Source: a virus. From it: a DNA stretch of 64,000 nt. This document shows, piece after piece, positions 18,962-29,577 of the stretch. How positions within the stretch are numbered: position 1 is the first letter of the stretch; each line of letters begins with the position of its first letter. A model generated the notes under the pieces. It ran no database searches. It was given only the letters and a program-made list of their open reading frames with translations, and had not been told where the DNA came from. The translations under genes and the position numbers were made by a program. The stretch spans positions 64,001 through 128,000 of IMG/VR virus record IMGVR_UViG_3300002131_000090; one strand, written 5' to 3'.

Positions 18962-19062
18962 TTAAATCCGATCCTCATAAATCTTGTATACTTCTCTAGT
19001 TCTAGACTTCCTTCATATAATACATTATTTAGAGGAGTTTGTCTACTGAAATTGTTAAGATC
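18958..19062. repeat. Diverged direct repeat, copy A (3' end of methyltransferase)
   Basis: Matches 18159..18263. Confidence 0.95.
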
Positions 19063-19803
19063 TGCACTGCAATTTACGTGTTCGTTAACTTCAAAGTAGT
19101 TATTACTTTGCAATACTATTAGTACGTTATAAGGAAGTTTGTCATACCATTCTGCAAAATTTGGAATGTGTTCACAACTTGTATTAATAATAGTATTAGG
19201 CTTGTCTGTTATCGGATAACTCATTCTGTTGTTAGCATTACTCCAATATTGCCAAGTATGTTCATTATAGTCTATATCCATAATGTCTTGAGTTAATGAT
19301 TTAAAACGCCATTGATCAGTAAACCACGGAGCATTAAATACTTCTGCAATATTAACACAAGTAGGATCAATATCAAAACTTCTAATTTTATCTATTCTAA
19401 GATTTTTTTCAAATAACATTGTAGCAAGTGTAGCATACCATCCTGCACAAAGAAATACTGTTCCTAAATAAGGATTAATTCTTTTAAGTTCTTTAACTAG
19501 CCATAGTTTACTTTGTAGCTGTCCTCTACTAAAACAGTCATTCCATATTTCTGTTTTATTTACAAAAAAGTTTTTAAATGCTGCGGTAAATTGTGTATCA
19601 ACATAGCGATCTAACATAGGCCATAGTTTCCAAGTATTATCTTCCATAATCAATTTGCGAAGATCATCTTTATTTTCATCTGTAATTATTCTAAAGATAC
19701 TATGTAAATCGTGATCAATATATGCTCTACGCAAATCAGTTAACTTACTATTAGTTGGATATAATAACTCAAATCTATCCAATAGTTCAAATGTTTGAAG
19801 CAT
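18958..19803 (-). CDS. Putative class I SAM-dependent methyltransferase
   Basis: VFLCAGWY (motif I-like), IRSFDIDP (acidic motif II), QDI, IINTSCEH. Confidence 0.65.
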   Translation of the reverse strand: MLQTFELLDRFELLYPTNSKLTDLRRAYIDHDLHSIFRIITDENKDDLRKLIMEDNTWKLWPMLDRYVDTQFTAAFKNFFVNKTEIWNDCFSRGQLQSKLWLVKELKRINPYLGTVFLCAGWYATLATMLFEKNLRIDKIRSFDIDPTCVNIAEVFNAPWFTDQWRFKSLTQDIMDIDYNEHTWQYWSNANNRMSYPITDKPNTIINTSCEHIPNFAEWYDKLPYNVLIVLQSNNYFEVNEHVNCSADLNNFSRQTPLNNVLYEGSLELEKYTRFMRIGFK

Positions 19804-21130
19804 AAAACTGTTCCTTTAACCAATCAAAATCATTTATTAATCGTAATGCGTCTGTATTGCCTTTATTAGATTCACCGTATTTTCTGCCAAAATTAGCACC
19901 ACTAATCGCTAAATCGCCAAACGTTCTGTCATTACCTAACGTACACCACGTGTTAAGTCTAATATAAGTTTCCTCTTGTTTTTGTCTATCAATAATATTA
20001 CTGCTTAACTTGACACACTCTCTAAAAGCACTCTTCCACGTATTAAATGGGTCTGTATTAAATGCTGTGATATTAGATACAACATCTACAGTTCTAAATC
20101 GGTTGCTTATGCTAGTTGTCATATCAGGTTTGGTAATATCCATGTTGATTGTTAAATCACGTGGAAATAATTTTATACCACCATATCCATAAACAAGATC
20201 ATTTATTGGATTTTGACTTCTCCATACATGAACAATGTCTTTTTCCCAACGGTGGACCTTGAAATCAAAATCAAAATCATCTACTATTTCGGCATCACCG
20301 TCAACAATCCAAAACATGTCAGTATCACACAACTTTGCAGCAGCAATATGTGCCTGATGTATACCCTTTACTCCATGTACTCGTTTGGCATCTGGTCTTT
20401 TTTCTAAAAGTCTATTATAGTTAACGTCTGCATTAGGTTCTTGATAACTGATAAACACTACATCATAAGGCTTAGGAATACTTCCTATAACATTAATTTC
20501 TTTTCTATTTACAAGATGCTTAAACTCTATTTCTTTTTGTGTCACAGGTTTGTGCTTACTTAATAACCAAAGTCCGTTGTAAAGATCCTCGTCATCTTCT
20601 CTATGTATAAATGCGTGATTTTCATTTCTGTCATAGTTATCGTGATGCGATATATAAAACTGTTCAAAGATTTCTTGACTGACTAGGACATTTTTACTTG
20701 CAGTCCAAAACATTTCAGTAGTAGTATTTTCTAACGCATCTAGATAGTCTTTATACGAATCAACTAGAAATAAGTCAAATGTCTTTGGAGTACTAGCAAG
20801 TATGTCTACTTGTTTCTTTTTTACAAAAAATCTATGATTTATTTCGTTGTCTGTTATTATTGCATGTTTAGGTACTAAACAAACACCGTCATACGAATCT
20901 TTATTTAAAAATATATGTATGTATTCTTTACTCCAGTCATCTGGAATATAATCAAAATCAAAAGATTGTAAAACTACAATGTCATCCCACACTGCCCAAA
21001 AGAAATCAGTTAGACAAACTTTTTGTGCTTGTCTAAATGTTTTTGCATGTTTAGAGATAGGGTAGCGTTTTTTAAATTCTTTGTAATTTGTATCTAAAGG
21101 ATTTGCAGAAATAAAAATAATATCATACAT
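19787..21130 (-). CDS. Glycosyltransferase-like (GT-A) protein with three tandem related modules
   Basis: Modules begin YDIIFIS, FDLFLVD and YDVVFISY; FWAVWDD and FWIVDGD (DxD); YGYGGIKLFP; paralog of 31618..32541. Confidence 0.65.
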   Translation of the reverse strand: MYDIIFISANPLDTNYKEFKKRYPISKHAKTFRQAQKVCLTDFFWAVWDDIVVLQSFDFDYIPDDWSKEYIHIFLNKDSYDGVCLVPKHAIITDNEINHRFFVKKKQVDILASTPKTFDLFLVDSYKDYLDALENTTTEMFWTASKNVLVSQEIFEQFYISHHDNYDRNENHAFIHREDDEDLYNGLWLLSKHKPVTQKEIEFKHLVNRKEINVIGSIPKPYDVVFISYQEPNADVNYNRLLEKRPDAKRVHGVKGIHQAHIAAAKLCDTDMFWIVDGDAEIVDDFDFDFKVHRWEKDIVHVWRSQNPINDLVYGYGGIKLFPRDLTINMDITKPDMTTSISNRFRTVDVVSNITAFNTDPFNTWKSAFRECVKLSSNIIDRQKQEETYIRLNTWCTLGNDRTFGDLAISGANFGRKYGESNKGNTDALRLINDFDWLKEQFYASNI

Positions 21131-21132
21131 AA

Positions 21133-22653
21133 TTATTTTCCAATGCTTTTATATACATTGTACAACTCAGGAAACGTATTTCTAAAAGATGTGTTTCTTC
21201 TAAAATCGTGTTGATCTAAATACTTTACAAAATTCAATTCGTTTGTCTTTACTTCTTCGGTTGAGATAGTACTTCTATCTAAGAATATTTTTAAATTGCG
21301 TTCTGCTTTTTCAATTTCAAAATCATAAAATCCAACAAAATTATCAGTGTCAATATTTTCTTTCATAAAGTCTATTGCGCTCTGAATGTACGTAGCATAC
21401 TCAACAGGCAGCACATGTATATTTTGCCACTCTGGTTTACGCATAATTGGAATATCAAACCATATGCGCTGACGAGGATGTATCTCATAATCGGGATGAG
21501 TATTGTAAGGATCTACAATAGGAATATGTTTTATACCTTGGTTTGATCTGCTGTATTGATTTCTAAGATTTAAAATATTTTGTAGATATTCTTTAAACTT
21601 TGGTATGCTTAATGCATTAAATGTATTAATAAATGTTACAGTTGTATTTGCAGTTTCATCTAGCACTCTTTGTACATTCTTTTGCATAAGATTGTAATTC
21701 AATCCTGTACGTATGTATTCTGCTTGTTCTCCAACACTGTCTACACTTACAAACAACGCAAAATTCTTTAATGCCATGTTTACATACCAGTTGTTTCCAG
21801 ACCCAGGATTAAATCGTTTCTTATCTTCCCATATCTGAATTTGTTCTAGTTTTTTAAGTTTTTCTATAAACTTATCCATAAGTTCCTCACGCGGAGGACA
21901 CATATTTGTAGTAACACTAAGTTCTAACCAAGTGTTTGGATTTTCGTAAATGTAATCTAATACTTTAAATGTGTTTACATCCATCAACGGTTCGCCGCCG
22001 GTAATTCTAAACACTTCTAATTTTGTGTACAAAGTAGGCCACCAACGCCAGAACGCATCAAGATAAGGATTGTCACTTTGTTTAGTTTTTAAAGGCATTA
22101 ACCCTTGTGCTTCTAATGCAGCAATATTGTTATGTCCGATTGTATTTCCGTATGTATCAAGAATCTTAAAATCGCCATATTGCTTTATTTCATCTTCCCA
22201 AGCTGTACTAAGATGAGGACTGCAATACATACATTTTAAATTACACGCTTGGTTAAAGTTGACTTCCATGTATCGAGGAATGATATTTCCTGTATCAAGT
22301 GCATCAATAATATCGCCGCGACTGTTTTGCGCCCAGTATTCTCCAGATCTATAAATTCTATCACTACGATTTTTGTTATCTTCAATCTTCCAACAATAAC
22401 TGCAACCGTCTGGTCTTACACCAGCAAGCATTTGTTTTCTTTCTGCTTTCTTTTGCTGTGTATTATGCAATGCACTTGGGTTTGTTTTAATTTCTGCTAA
22501 GTCTACTTTGTGCAACGGCGGATGATAACAACTATGTGTCATTCCATTAGTTAAGTGCATTGACACTTGACTCCATTTAGCATAACACATAGTTGGACTA
22601 ATTCTTTTTAATTGAGTTTCTGCAATATCTGCAGAATTTTTATAAATGCTCAC
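21133..22653 (-). CDS. Radical SAM protein with N-terminal Twitch-like domain (SCYHP subtype)
   Basis: MCYAKW...HSCYHP...CSYCW; CNLKCMYCSPHLST; TGGEPL. Confidence 0.92.
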   Translation of the reverse strand: MSIYKNSADIAETQLKRISPTMCYAKWSQVSMHLTNGMTHSCYHPPLHKVDLAEIKTNPSALHNTQQKKAERKQMLAGVRPDGCSYCWKIEDNKNRSDRIYRSGEYWAQNSRGDIIDALDTGNIIPRYMEVNFNQACNLKCMYCSPHLSTAWEDEIKQYGDFKILDTYGNTIGHNNIAALEAQGLMPLKTKQSDNPYLDAFWRWWPTLYTKLEVFRITGGEPLMDVNTFKVLDYIYENPNTWLELSVTTNMCPPREELMDKFIEKLKKLEQIQIWEDKKRFNPGSGNNWYVNMALKNFALFVSVDSVGEQAEYIRTGLNYNLMQKNVQRVLDETANTTVTFINTFNALSIPKFKEYLQNILNLRNQYSRSNQGIKHIPIVDPYNTHPDYEIHPRQRIWFDIPIMRKPEWQNIHVLPVEYATYIQSAIDFMKENIDTDNFVGFYDFEIEKAERNLKIFLDRSTISTEEVKTNELNFVKYLDQHDFRRNTSFRNTFPELYNVYKSIGK

Positions 22654-23877
22654 TTAGCTATACTCGCGTTCTAATTTATCGTGGTCAAATAATTTGTCGA
22701 CCCATAAAAAGTTATCTTTAAAAATTACATCATTGTGTTGTTGTATAAAGAGCTCGCGATTATGTTTTGTAATTACCGAAAGTCTAGTGTTTAAATTTGC
22801 AAATTTTAGCGGATTTAACATTGCTAATCTTTCAAACTCATTTGCAATTGCTTGTAGTCTTTTATCATCATCTTCTATTTCGTCATAGCTTTCATCAATT
22901 AACGGGCTAAATGTTTTATACCCTTGCTCTCTTAATTCTTTCATAAAATAAGGAGTTGTAAAGGCAATAAACGGTCTATTTGCTGACATTGCTTTCCACG
23001 TTTTCTCTGTAGGAAATGATGGAGCAAACTCTTGTATCGGTATTGACTGACGTAGTCCTTTGTATGTCCAAAAAGGATCATAATGTGATTCAATTAAAAG
23101 GTGAATATTTCCGGACTGTATAAGGTTATAAGTTTGCATATCCATTTTGTTAGTAATACAATTTTCAGCTTTTACATCATTCACAAAGTAATCACTCATT
23201 GTATAAGGAATGTTACCTATCCATTTTTTTATCTTTTTAGAGTTACTATCATATCCTAGATCAGCTGCATCTTGAAGCATTTGTTCTTCTGATATAATTT
23301 TTAAACCGCCATATGGCAAGATATTGTTGAACGTATAATTAAACTGACTCACTATACTTCTATTAACTAATTCTAAATATATGTTAGTTCTATACAAATT
23401 GTAATTTCTTGATAGTGCAGTAAATCGATGCTTAGGTTTAATATTATCATCAATTATTGCTGTTCGTTTTAACAATAACGAAAATGCTTGTATATTTGGA
23501 ATATTAGGCATTCTTTCTAAGAACTTTTTTTCAGCCCAAGTTTTCCAAAATTCATTTAAAACTACTATGTATACTTGCTTTGGATTTATTTTTTGAGCTA
23601 ATATTGTACGAGCCCAATCAGTTAATTCACTCAAACTAAAATATTCATCGCCAAAGAACAATAGGATTTTTGCAGTTGAATCTGTTTTAATATGATCCCA
23701 ATGCGTGTCGTCAATAAAATTATTAAAAGATTGATTGTACAATACTCTGTCGTGCTGGTCGTACCAATAAACGGCATCTTTTTCATATGTTGCGTGATCA
23801 AGATGCTTCATGTTTTCATGTTTAAAGAGATGATGAAGCCCGGGCTTTTTTTCAAGTATTCTACTATATATTATCAT
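22654..23877 (-). CDS. Putative glycosyltransferase (TEKT motif, GT10/GT-B-like C-terminus)
   Basis: LLIES...PTEKTWKAM..NRPFI...GYKTF...IDESYD resembles the E-x(n)-TEK...P-I motif of alpha-1,3-fucosyltransferase-like proteins; start moved to ATG 23877. Confidence 0.5.
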   Translation of the reverse strand: MIIYSRILEKKPGLHHLFKHENMKHLDHATYEKDAVYWYDQHDRVLYNQSFNNFIDDTHWDHIKTDSTAKILLFFGDEYFSLSELTDWARTILAQKINPKQVYIVVLNEFWKTWAEKKFLERMPNIPNIQAFSLLLKRTAIIDDNIKPKHRFTALSRNYNLYRTNIYLELVNRSIVSQFNYTFNNILPYGGLKIISEEQMLQDAADLGYDSNSKKIKKWIGNIPYTMSDYFVNDVKAENCITNKMDMQTYNLIQSGNIHLLIESHYDPFWTYKGLRQSIPIQEFAPSFPTEKTWKAMSANRPFIAFTTPYFMKELREQGYKTFSPLIDESYDEIEDDDKRLQAIANEFERLAMLNPLKFANLNTRLSVITKHNRELFIQQHNDVIFKDNFLWVDKLFDHDKLEREYS

Positions 23878-24584
23878 TATTTTTGATCTCTTTTGTCGTA
23901 CGGTTGGGTTGTTACAGGATCGACCCAATATAAACTTCTGTGCGGCATATCATCTGTTTTGTACTGAGAATCACTTGTATAATAAAATAATCTAAAAGTT
24001 GTACGTTGTAAGTCTTCCGGACAAGTCAACGGTTCTTTGTATCCGTGAAATCCTAATTTATGGTATTGCCAAATTACTGCTCTGTTGAATACACAATCAA
24101 TTGCGTTTACAAGATTGTTATTTTTAAAATCATAAAATCCTAGTGCGCCTCCCCAATCAGGATTCCATTCTGGAGTAAGATAAACAATAAACGATAATGC
24201 TCTGTGTAATTTTAATTTTTCATTCCAGTTAAAGTCAGTGTGAACTTTTAGAGAATCATTTTTAAAACTTTTGCTGTAACCTGCACCTGTTAAATACGGA
24301 TCCGGAATCAAGCTACCAATACCGGTTAGTTCTTCTAACCATAATAGCATTTTAGGACTATGCATATACTCTACAAACTTTGATGCAATTGGTAGTACTG
24401 TTAAGTCTTTACATTCCTTCATATAACTTTTATTTCTAGTAAATTCAGACCAGTGAGTATCATCAACTGTACGAGTTTCGTTGTACATACTTTTAGCAAA
24501 ATCTATATCTAAAAAGTTATCTACACAAGCTGTTGGTACAGGGTCGTTAAATTTTGTTATATTTAAATTATTTGATAAACTCAT
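23877..24584 (-). CDS. 2OG-Fe(II) oxygenase (prolyl-hydroxylase-like)
   Basis: LKVHTDFN, IVYLTPEW...WGGAL, FNRAVI, GFHG, RTTF. Confidence 0.88.
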   Translation of the reverse strand: MSLSNNLNITKFNDPVPTACVDNFLDIDFAKSMYNETRTVDDTHWSEFTRNKSYMKECKDLTVLPIASKFVEYMHSPKMLLWLEELTGIGSLIPDPYLTGAGYSKSFKNDSLKVHTDFNWNEKLKLHRALSFIVYLTPEWNPDWGGALGFYDFKNNNLVNAIDCVFNRAVIWQYHKLGFHGYKEPLTCPEDLQRTTFRLFYYTSDSQYKTDDMPHRSLYWVDPVTTQPYDKRDQK

Positions 24585-24602
24585 GATGCATCCTTTAAAT
24601 AG

Positions 24603-24630
24603 ATTATAACAGCTAGATATTATTTGTCAA
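24603..24630 (-). promoter_or_regulatory. sigma70-type promoter with extended -10
   Basis: TTGACA (24630-24625), 16-nt spacer ending TGT, TATAAT (24608-24603); AAGGA RBS before ATG 24584. Confidence 0.75.
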
Positions 24631-25543
24631 GCAGTTTCTTGTGTATATACTCTGCTACACGACAATGGTCTAAGTGTCCTGGATGTATTAAGTCTCGTGC
24701 ATCGCATGTAAATTTAAAATAAGTTGATCTTGCAAAACGTGCTGCTGCTGGAAAGTACGAAAACTCAACTAACGGTACTCTGTCTTTACACAGTTGTTTA
24801 AATGATTTTGCTGTATAGTATGTTAACATGTTTTCGTTGTATATGTCTGTGTTTCTATATTGATATAATTTTAATAGTGTTTCTTCTCGTTTACCATTTA
24901 CATTAAAGGCATTCCATAATCCAATTTGCCAATATCCTTCAAATTCAAAATAACGAAAACGATCGCAAGCTGTCCAATTAACTGCAATTGCATGTGGACG
25001 ATCAAATCTTTCTAATAACAATGCTGCTGTATGAAGTAGTAATTCGTTTGATGCACTAGGTATGCCCAAGTTTACAACCTGGCGACCTGTTAATTGTTCT
25101 AATTCATATGCTATTGTTTCGTCATCCGAAACTCCAACACCAAATGTATTCGAGCATCCAATTAGAACAATAGCATCCTTCCAATTTACATCTTTCCACT
25201 CATAAGTTCTAAAACCGTTAGAGTTTAACTTATATGTTACTTTCTTATTTCTATACTTCCAATCCGGAGGCATTTTTTTTAGACTTTCTTGTAATGATGT
25301 AATTGAATCAGTATTACTATACTCGTCTGGGTTGATTCCATTCTCAGGAGTAAATCTCCATAATTTAAAATCAAAAGGCAGTAACGGATCCATTGCATAC
25401 TCAGGAAACGTCGATTGATCTTTAACTAGTTCAATTATGTCACCGTCAAGAATTCTTTGTAGTCGTTGTTCTTGACGTACTTGAGCTTTTGCTTCGAGTC
25501 GTTGTGTTTTTGCTTCGAGTTCAGATAATCTTGATTTTTTCAT
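24620..25543 (-). CDS. SGNH/GDSL-like protein (acyl-esterase or acyltransferase)
   Basis: LNSNGFR, IGCSNTFGVG, VNLGIPSASN, RDLIHPG. Confidence 0.7.
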   Translation of the reverse strand: MKKSRLSELEAKTQRLEAKAQVRQEQRLQRILDGDIIELVKDQSTFPEYAMDPLLPFDFKLWRFTPENGINPDEYSNTDSITSLQESLKKMPPDWKYRNKKVTYKLNSNGFRTYEWKDVNWKDAIVLIGCSNTFGVGVSDDETIAYELEQLTGRQVVNLGIPSASNELLLHTAALLLERFDRPHAIAVNWTACDRFRYFEFEGYWQIGLWNAFNVNGKREETLLKLYQYRNTDIYNENMLTYYTAKSFKQLCKDRVPLVEFSYFPAAARFARSTYFKFTCDARDLIHPGHLDHCRVAEYIHKKLLDK

Positions 25544-26565
25544 TGTAGACTTAATATGTGATTATGTAAATATTTAGCAAACAAATCATGTGCTTTTTCT
25601 CCAGGGTGAGCACACGGTGTAATCCATCCATTTGGAGACCTGTTTCCTAAAAATTGGAAATAGTAATCAGTCCTATCTTCTACATCAGGTTCTTGCGATA
25701 ATGCTAATTCTGCAAAAGTTTTCTTGTTAGCAGGAGAAAACATCAATCTCCAAGGAAACTGATTTAATAACTTTCTACTGTGCTTAGGATCCCACGACGG
25801 CTTTAACTCTACAGGTATTGTATTATTGTAGTCGTCTGCTCTTCTTACATCTTGTTTTAATATGTATTCAAAATAGTCTTTGTCGTACCTTTTATCAAAC
25901 CCAGGAGTGATAATTAACTTAGCATTATTGTGTGCTGTACACCACGATAATAATTCTTGAACATGTCCAATTTGTTCAAGAACTCCAAACTTTTCGCTCC
26001 ATAAATTTTTTCCGTAACCTTCCCAAAGAGTTCTTCTGTCAGACGGTTCCATACTTTCGTAATGAGGCCACATACAAACCCATCTAAAATGATCGTCGCA
26101 TGTATCGTTAATAAAGTCAAATCTTTCAAGGCCGCTTGGCATGTATACTACAATAACTTCTTTTGCAAGACTCCACCTAATATCAGGATGAAAATAAAGT
26201 TCTTTAATCGAGCCGCGATTGCCGCAGCCTCTAAGTCCGAGATTTATTGGAGTATATGTATGATTAAAGTATCTGTTACATAGTATATTTACAAATGAAT
26301 TTGCATATTCTAAAAAGGTAAAATCAATGCTGCCGTCTTTTGCCCTTTTTGTAGCGGGATATTGTTTTAATATTCGTTTAACGTCTTTATCCGTTAGCGT
26401 AGGTTTTAACGATGCTCCTTCGCCTTTGTATTCCCATTCAAAGTTATCATACAAGGTATCGTTAATTGCACCCTGTCCTTGTACAAAGGAACACCCGATT
26501 GATATTATTGCTTTACCTGTTTTTTTTAAACTATCGTTTATTTCTTCGACTTGAGAATTGTACAT
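25540..26565 (-). CDS. SGNH/GDSL-like protein
   Basis: IGCSFVQGQG, INLGLRGCGN, CAHPGEKAH. Confidence 0.7.
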   Translation of the reverse strand: MYNSQVEEINDSLKKTGKAIISIGCSFVQGQGAINDTLYDNFEWEYKGEGASLKPTLTDKDVKRILKQYPATKRAKDGSIDFTFLEYANSFVNILCNRYFNHTYTPINLGLRGCGNRGSIKELYFHPDIRWSLAKEVIVVYMPSGLERFDFINDTCDDHFRWVCMWPHYESMEPSDRRTLWEGYGKNLWSEKFGVLEQIGHVQELLSWCTAHNNAKLIITPGFDKRYDKDYFEYILKQDVRRADDYNNTIPVELKPSWDPKHSRKLLNQFPWRLMFSPANKKTFAELALSQEPDVEDRTDYYFQFLGNRSPNGWITPCAHPGEKAHDLFAKYLHNHILSLQ

Positions 26566-27877
26566 CGTTTTCCTTAAAATGATTTGTCAACATGTTAACT
26601 GCAGGACTGACAGTTACTCTAGTATTTAACAAGGTATTACTATTGTGAATTAATATTGATTTTAGTCCTTTAAATAACTCAAACTTTTCATCGTTGTTCA
26701 TAGCGTTCAAACGTTTTAATTCTGTAATTATTGCATACAAACGATCCCATGTTTCTAGTTCATCATATGCTTCGTTTATAAAAGGATGAAATGTTTTGTA
26801 ACCAAGTTCCTTAAGGTGTTTTAACGAATGTCGATTTCCAAACATAATAAAAGGATGATTACATGCTATTGTTTTAAATGTTTTTTCACTTAAAAAACAA
26901 GTATTTGTATTGTCACTGTAGTGTGCTTCGCTGATTACACTTAACCAAGTGTCTAGTGTAATTTGTTCGTTAAAGTTAGTTAAGTAATTTCCACAATCGC
27001 TGTCTGCAAACCCTTCTACATTTTCTGCATTAGGAGGGGTCATAGGCATCAATGGCAACAACTTTTTATAAAGATCGTGCCCAACTTCTTTTCCGTCCAT
27101 ATGAGAATAAAGTTGTGCAAAATGATTCATACTATTAATATTGTTGTTTAGCAAGTCTGCATTATATAGACAACTAAAGAGATGCGCCCTGTGATTTCTT
27201 GGTCTTTTTTGTAAACAATTAAAAGTTTTAATATTTGCTAAGTTGCTTTCTTTATATCTTTTTTGCTGTTTAAAAGAAGGCACCCCTTGACGATATGCTA
27301 TTTCAGCCATTGATGATTCAAAGTGCGGATATGGTATAACTAAGATACGGCTACTGTGTACATGTATAGTTGCCCATTCGTCATATTGCTCTTTACTTGC
27401 CATGTTTCCAGTGACATATATTACTTGCTTAGGATCAATTTTATATTCTGTACACTGATCATGAAACCATTGCCATTGCCATGTTTCTTGATAACCTTCA
27501 TGTGATTGATCTAATAATAAAAATGCCTTTCCAGATTGTAAGTCTTCTAAATAGATTGGATTTAACCAATAAAACACCGACTGCTGGTTCATTGAAAATG
27601 CTTTGCTGTTTGAATAATTTTTAAAGCCGCCGGACCAGTTATCCGGAGAATGTGCAACTCCTGATGAAAGAATATAGTTAAATCCTTTAGACGGTCTATT
27701 TTTTGAAACTACTATATCATCTAGCAACCCATCTACGTCTTGCCCTAATCTTATAAGATGTAATAATAAAGGAGTGGCTGTAAATCTTTTTATGCCAGAG
27801 CTATTAGTATCACCGCATTTTACAAAATTTAAAAATACGTTTGTTTTTTCTTCTATTTCTTCAAACATAAAATACAT
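26531..27877 (-). CDS. Putative glycosyltransferase (SEKT motif), paralog of 22654..23877
   Basis: RPRNHR, SVISE...FLSEKTFKTIACNHPFI...GYKTF...INEAYD. Confidence 0.5.
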   Translation of the reverse strand: MYFMFEEIEEKTNVFLNFVKCGDTNSSGIKRFTATPLLLHLIRLGQDVDGLLDDIVVSKNRPSKGFNYILSSGVAHSPDNWSGGFKNYSNSKAFSMNQQSVFYWLNPIYLEDLQSGKAFLLLDQSHEGYQETWQWQWFHDQCTEYKIDPKQVIYVTGNMASKEQYDEWATIHVHSSRILVIPYPHFESSMAEIAYRQGVPSFKQQKRYKESNLANIKTFNCLQKRPRNHRAHLFSCLYNADLLNNNINSMNHFAQLYSHMDGKEVGHDLYKKLLPLMPMTPPNAENVEGFADSDCGNYLTNFNEQITLDTWLSVISEAHYSDNTNTCFLSEKTFKTIACNHPFIMFGNRHSLKHLKELGYKTFHPFINEAYDELETWDRLYAIITELKRLNAMNNDEKFELFKGLKSILIHNSNTLLNTRVTVSPAVNMLTNHFKENDVQFSSRRNKR

Positions 27878-28879
27878 TTAAATTAATCTTTCCTTCCAGG
27901 TTCTTGGAGTTTTAGAGTTTACTATTTCTAAAGGAAACGTATAATCAAACGGTTTGGTGCCGCGCTTTTTGATATAATCGATTGTACGTTCAACTGCTGT
28001 TTCTAAATCTGTTGTTGTTTTATAGTTTAATACTTGTCTTGCTTTGTCTGCACTACATGTTGCATGTTTAACTTCTTGTGGTCTGTCATCTACATGTATC
28101 GGTTGTAAGTTACAACCGGTTTTGTTAGCTATTAAATTTGCCAAATCTTTAACTGTAATTGTTCCTTCATCTGGTCCGATGTTTATTATTTGTCCTACAA
28201 TATCGTTGTCTAATATAAGTTTTTCAAGACACTGTATACAATCGTCTACATAACTAAAGCATCGTGTTTGTAAACCATCGCCATATATAATAGCAGGCTT
28301 ACCTTGTAAATTTCTGTTTATCATAATGCTCATTACGTTTCTAAACGGATCGTCATAGCGTTGTCTTGGCCCTACAATGTTGTGAGGTACTGCTATATTC
28401 CATTCCATTCCGTGCGTATCACTTAGCATACGCAATGTATCTTCGCCTGCTACTTTTGCAATGCCATATGGATCTACAGGCATAGGCTTCATATCTTCGG
28501 TAAACGGAGTTTGTTGATTTCCATAACGTGCCATACTAGAGCAATATACAAAGCGTCTTACTTTATTTTCTAATGCTGCACTAATTGTAGAGACTGTTGC
28601 TTGAAACACGTTTTTAGTAATAAAGTCGGGGCTTACTACACTTAGACCTTCGTGTGCTGTTGCAGCAGTATGTATTACAACATCGACATTTTTCATTATG
28701 TCTGCCATACGTTCTCTGTTGCAGCAATCTACTTTGTAAAGTGTTGCTTTATGATTTACGTTATCTTCATACCCACCAATTAAGGTATCATTACCTAATA
28801 CGTCGTGTCCTAAATTAATCATTCGATCGGCTAAATGGCTTCCTAGAAAGCCTGCTATACCTGTTATAAAAATTCGCAT
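27878..28879 (-). CDS. NAD-dependent nucleotide-sugar epimerase/dehydratase (extended SDR)
   Basis: [25 protein letters not shown] (YxxxK), [21 protein letters not shown]. Confidence 0.95.
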   Translation of the reverse strand: MRIFITGIAGFLGSHLADRMINLGHDVLGNDTLIGGYEDNVNHKATLYKVDCCNRERMADIMKNVDVVIHTAATAHEGLSVVSPDFITKNVFQATVSTISAALENKVRRFVYCSSMARYGNQQTPFTEDMKPMPVDPYGIAKVAGEDTLRMLSDTHGMEWNIAVPHNIVGPRQRYDDPFRNVMSIMINRNLQGKPAIIYGDGLQTRCFSYVDDCIQCLEKLILDNDIVGQIINIGPDEGTITVKDLANLIANKTGCNLQPIHVDDRPQEVKHATCSADKARQVLNYKTTTDLETAVERTIDYIKKRGTKPFDYTFPLEIVNSKTPRTWKERLI

Positions 28880-29568
28880 ATTCTCTCCGCAAAATAACTA
28901 TGTGCTGTTTCTGAAGGATGGAATCTAGGCATAATCCATCCGTTAAGTTCAGGAAACTTTTTATCTGTAAAATGCATTTCCATCATGGAAAGCTCTGCTG
29001 TTGAGCCTGCTTGTTTTACTGTCCAATCAAAGAAGTTAGAACATCCGTCAATAGTTAAAAATCTATCCCATTCAACTGAATTAACAAAGTTACTATTAAT
29101 AATTTTATAGAAATATTCTTTATTATATTCTCGTGTAAATGCAGGAAACATAATAAGGTTATGTCCATTAGCTTTACAAAAATTTTGAATATTAACAATG
29201 CTTACAATTGCATTTAAAACTTCTGTTTTTGCCGAAACAAAAAAAGACAAAGCCTTTTCAAGATTTACAAGTTCAACAGAACCAATGTTAACAGGTGAAG
29301 TATGCGGAAAGACATGCTCAAAGCCGTTGCCGTCGCGTCTAAATAAGTCAACTCTGTTCATACCAGTCGGCATAAAAATTACTGTAGAATTACTAGGAAT
29401 GTCTGCCATTAGTACTCGCGTTACTGCACCTGCATTACCGGATGATTCTTCTCCCAAGTTAATACCGCCAAGGCAATCTATAAAGGACTTGCCTTTTTCA
29501 ATTTCTGCACCTTGCACAAAAGAACACCCAGTGCCGATAATTATTTTATTAAGTTTACGTTTTTTCAT
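28864..29568 (-). CDS. SGNH/GDSL-like protein
   Basis: [26 protein letters not shown]. Confidence 0.7.
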   Translation of the reverse strand: MKKRKLNKIIIGTGCSFVQGAEIEKGKSFIDCLGGINLGEESSGNAGAVTRVLMADIPSNSTVIFMPTGMNRVDLFRRDGNGFEHVFPHTSPVNIGSVELVNLEKALSFFVSAKTEVLNAIVSIVNIQNFCKANGHNLIMFPAFTREYNKEYFYKIINSNFVNSVEWDRFLTIDGCSNFFDWTVKQAGSTAELSMMEMHFTDKKFPELNGWIMPRFHPSETAHSYFAERICEFL

Positions 29569-29577
29569 ATTGCGTTT

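Noticed and set aside
18159-19062. Repeat pair as a diversity-generating retroelement TR/VR (about 100 bp, one copy at a gene 3' end)
   Set aside because: Only 7 of 14 mismatches are at A in the putative template, most are synonymous, and no reverse transcriptase is present in the window.
11512-23928. Long gene overlaps implied by ORF-track starts (13035, 15634, 16200, 23928; also 3691 and 6883)
   Set aside because: Downstream ATGs give typical short coupling overlaps or match paralog N-termini better.
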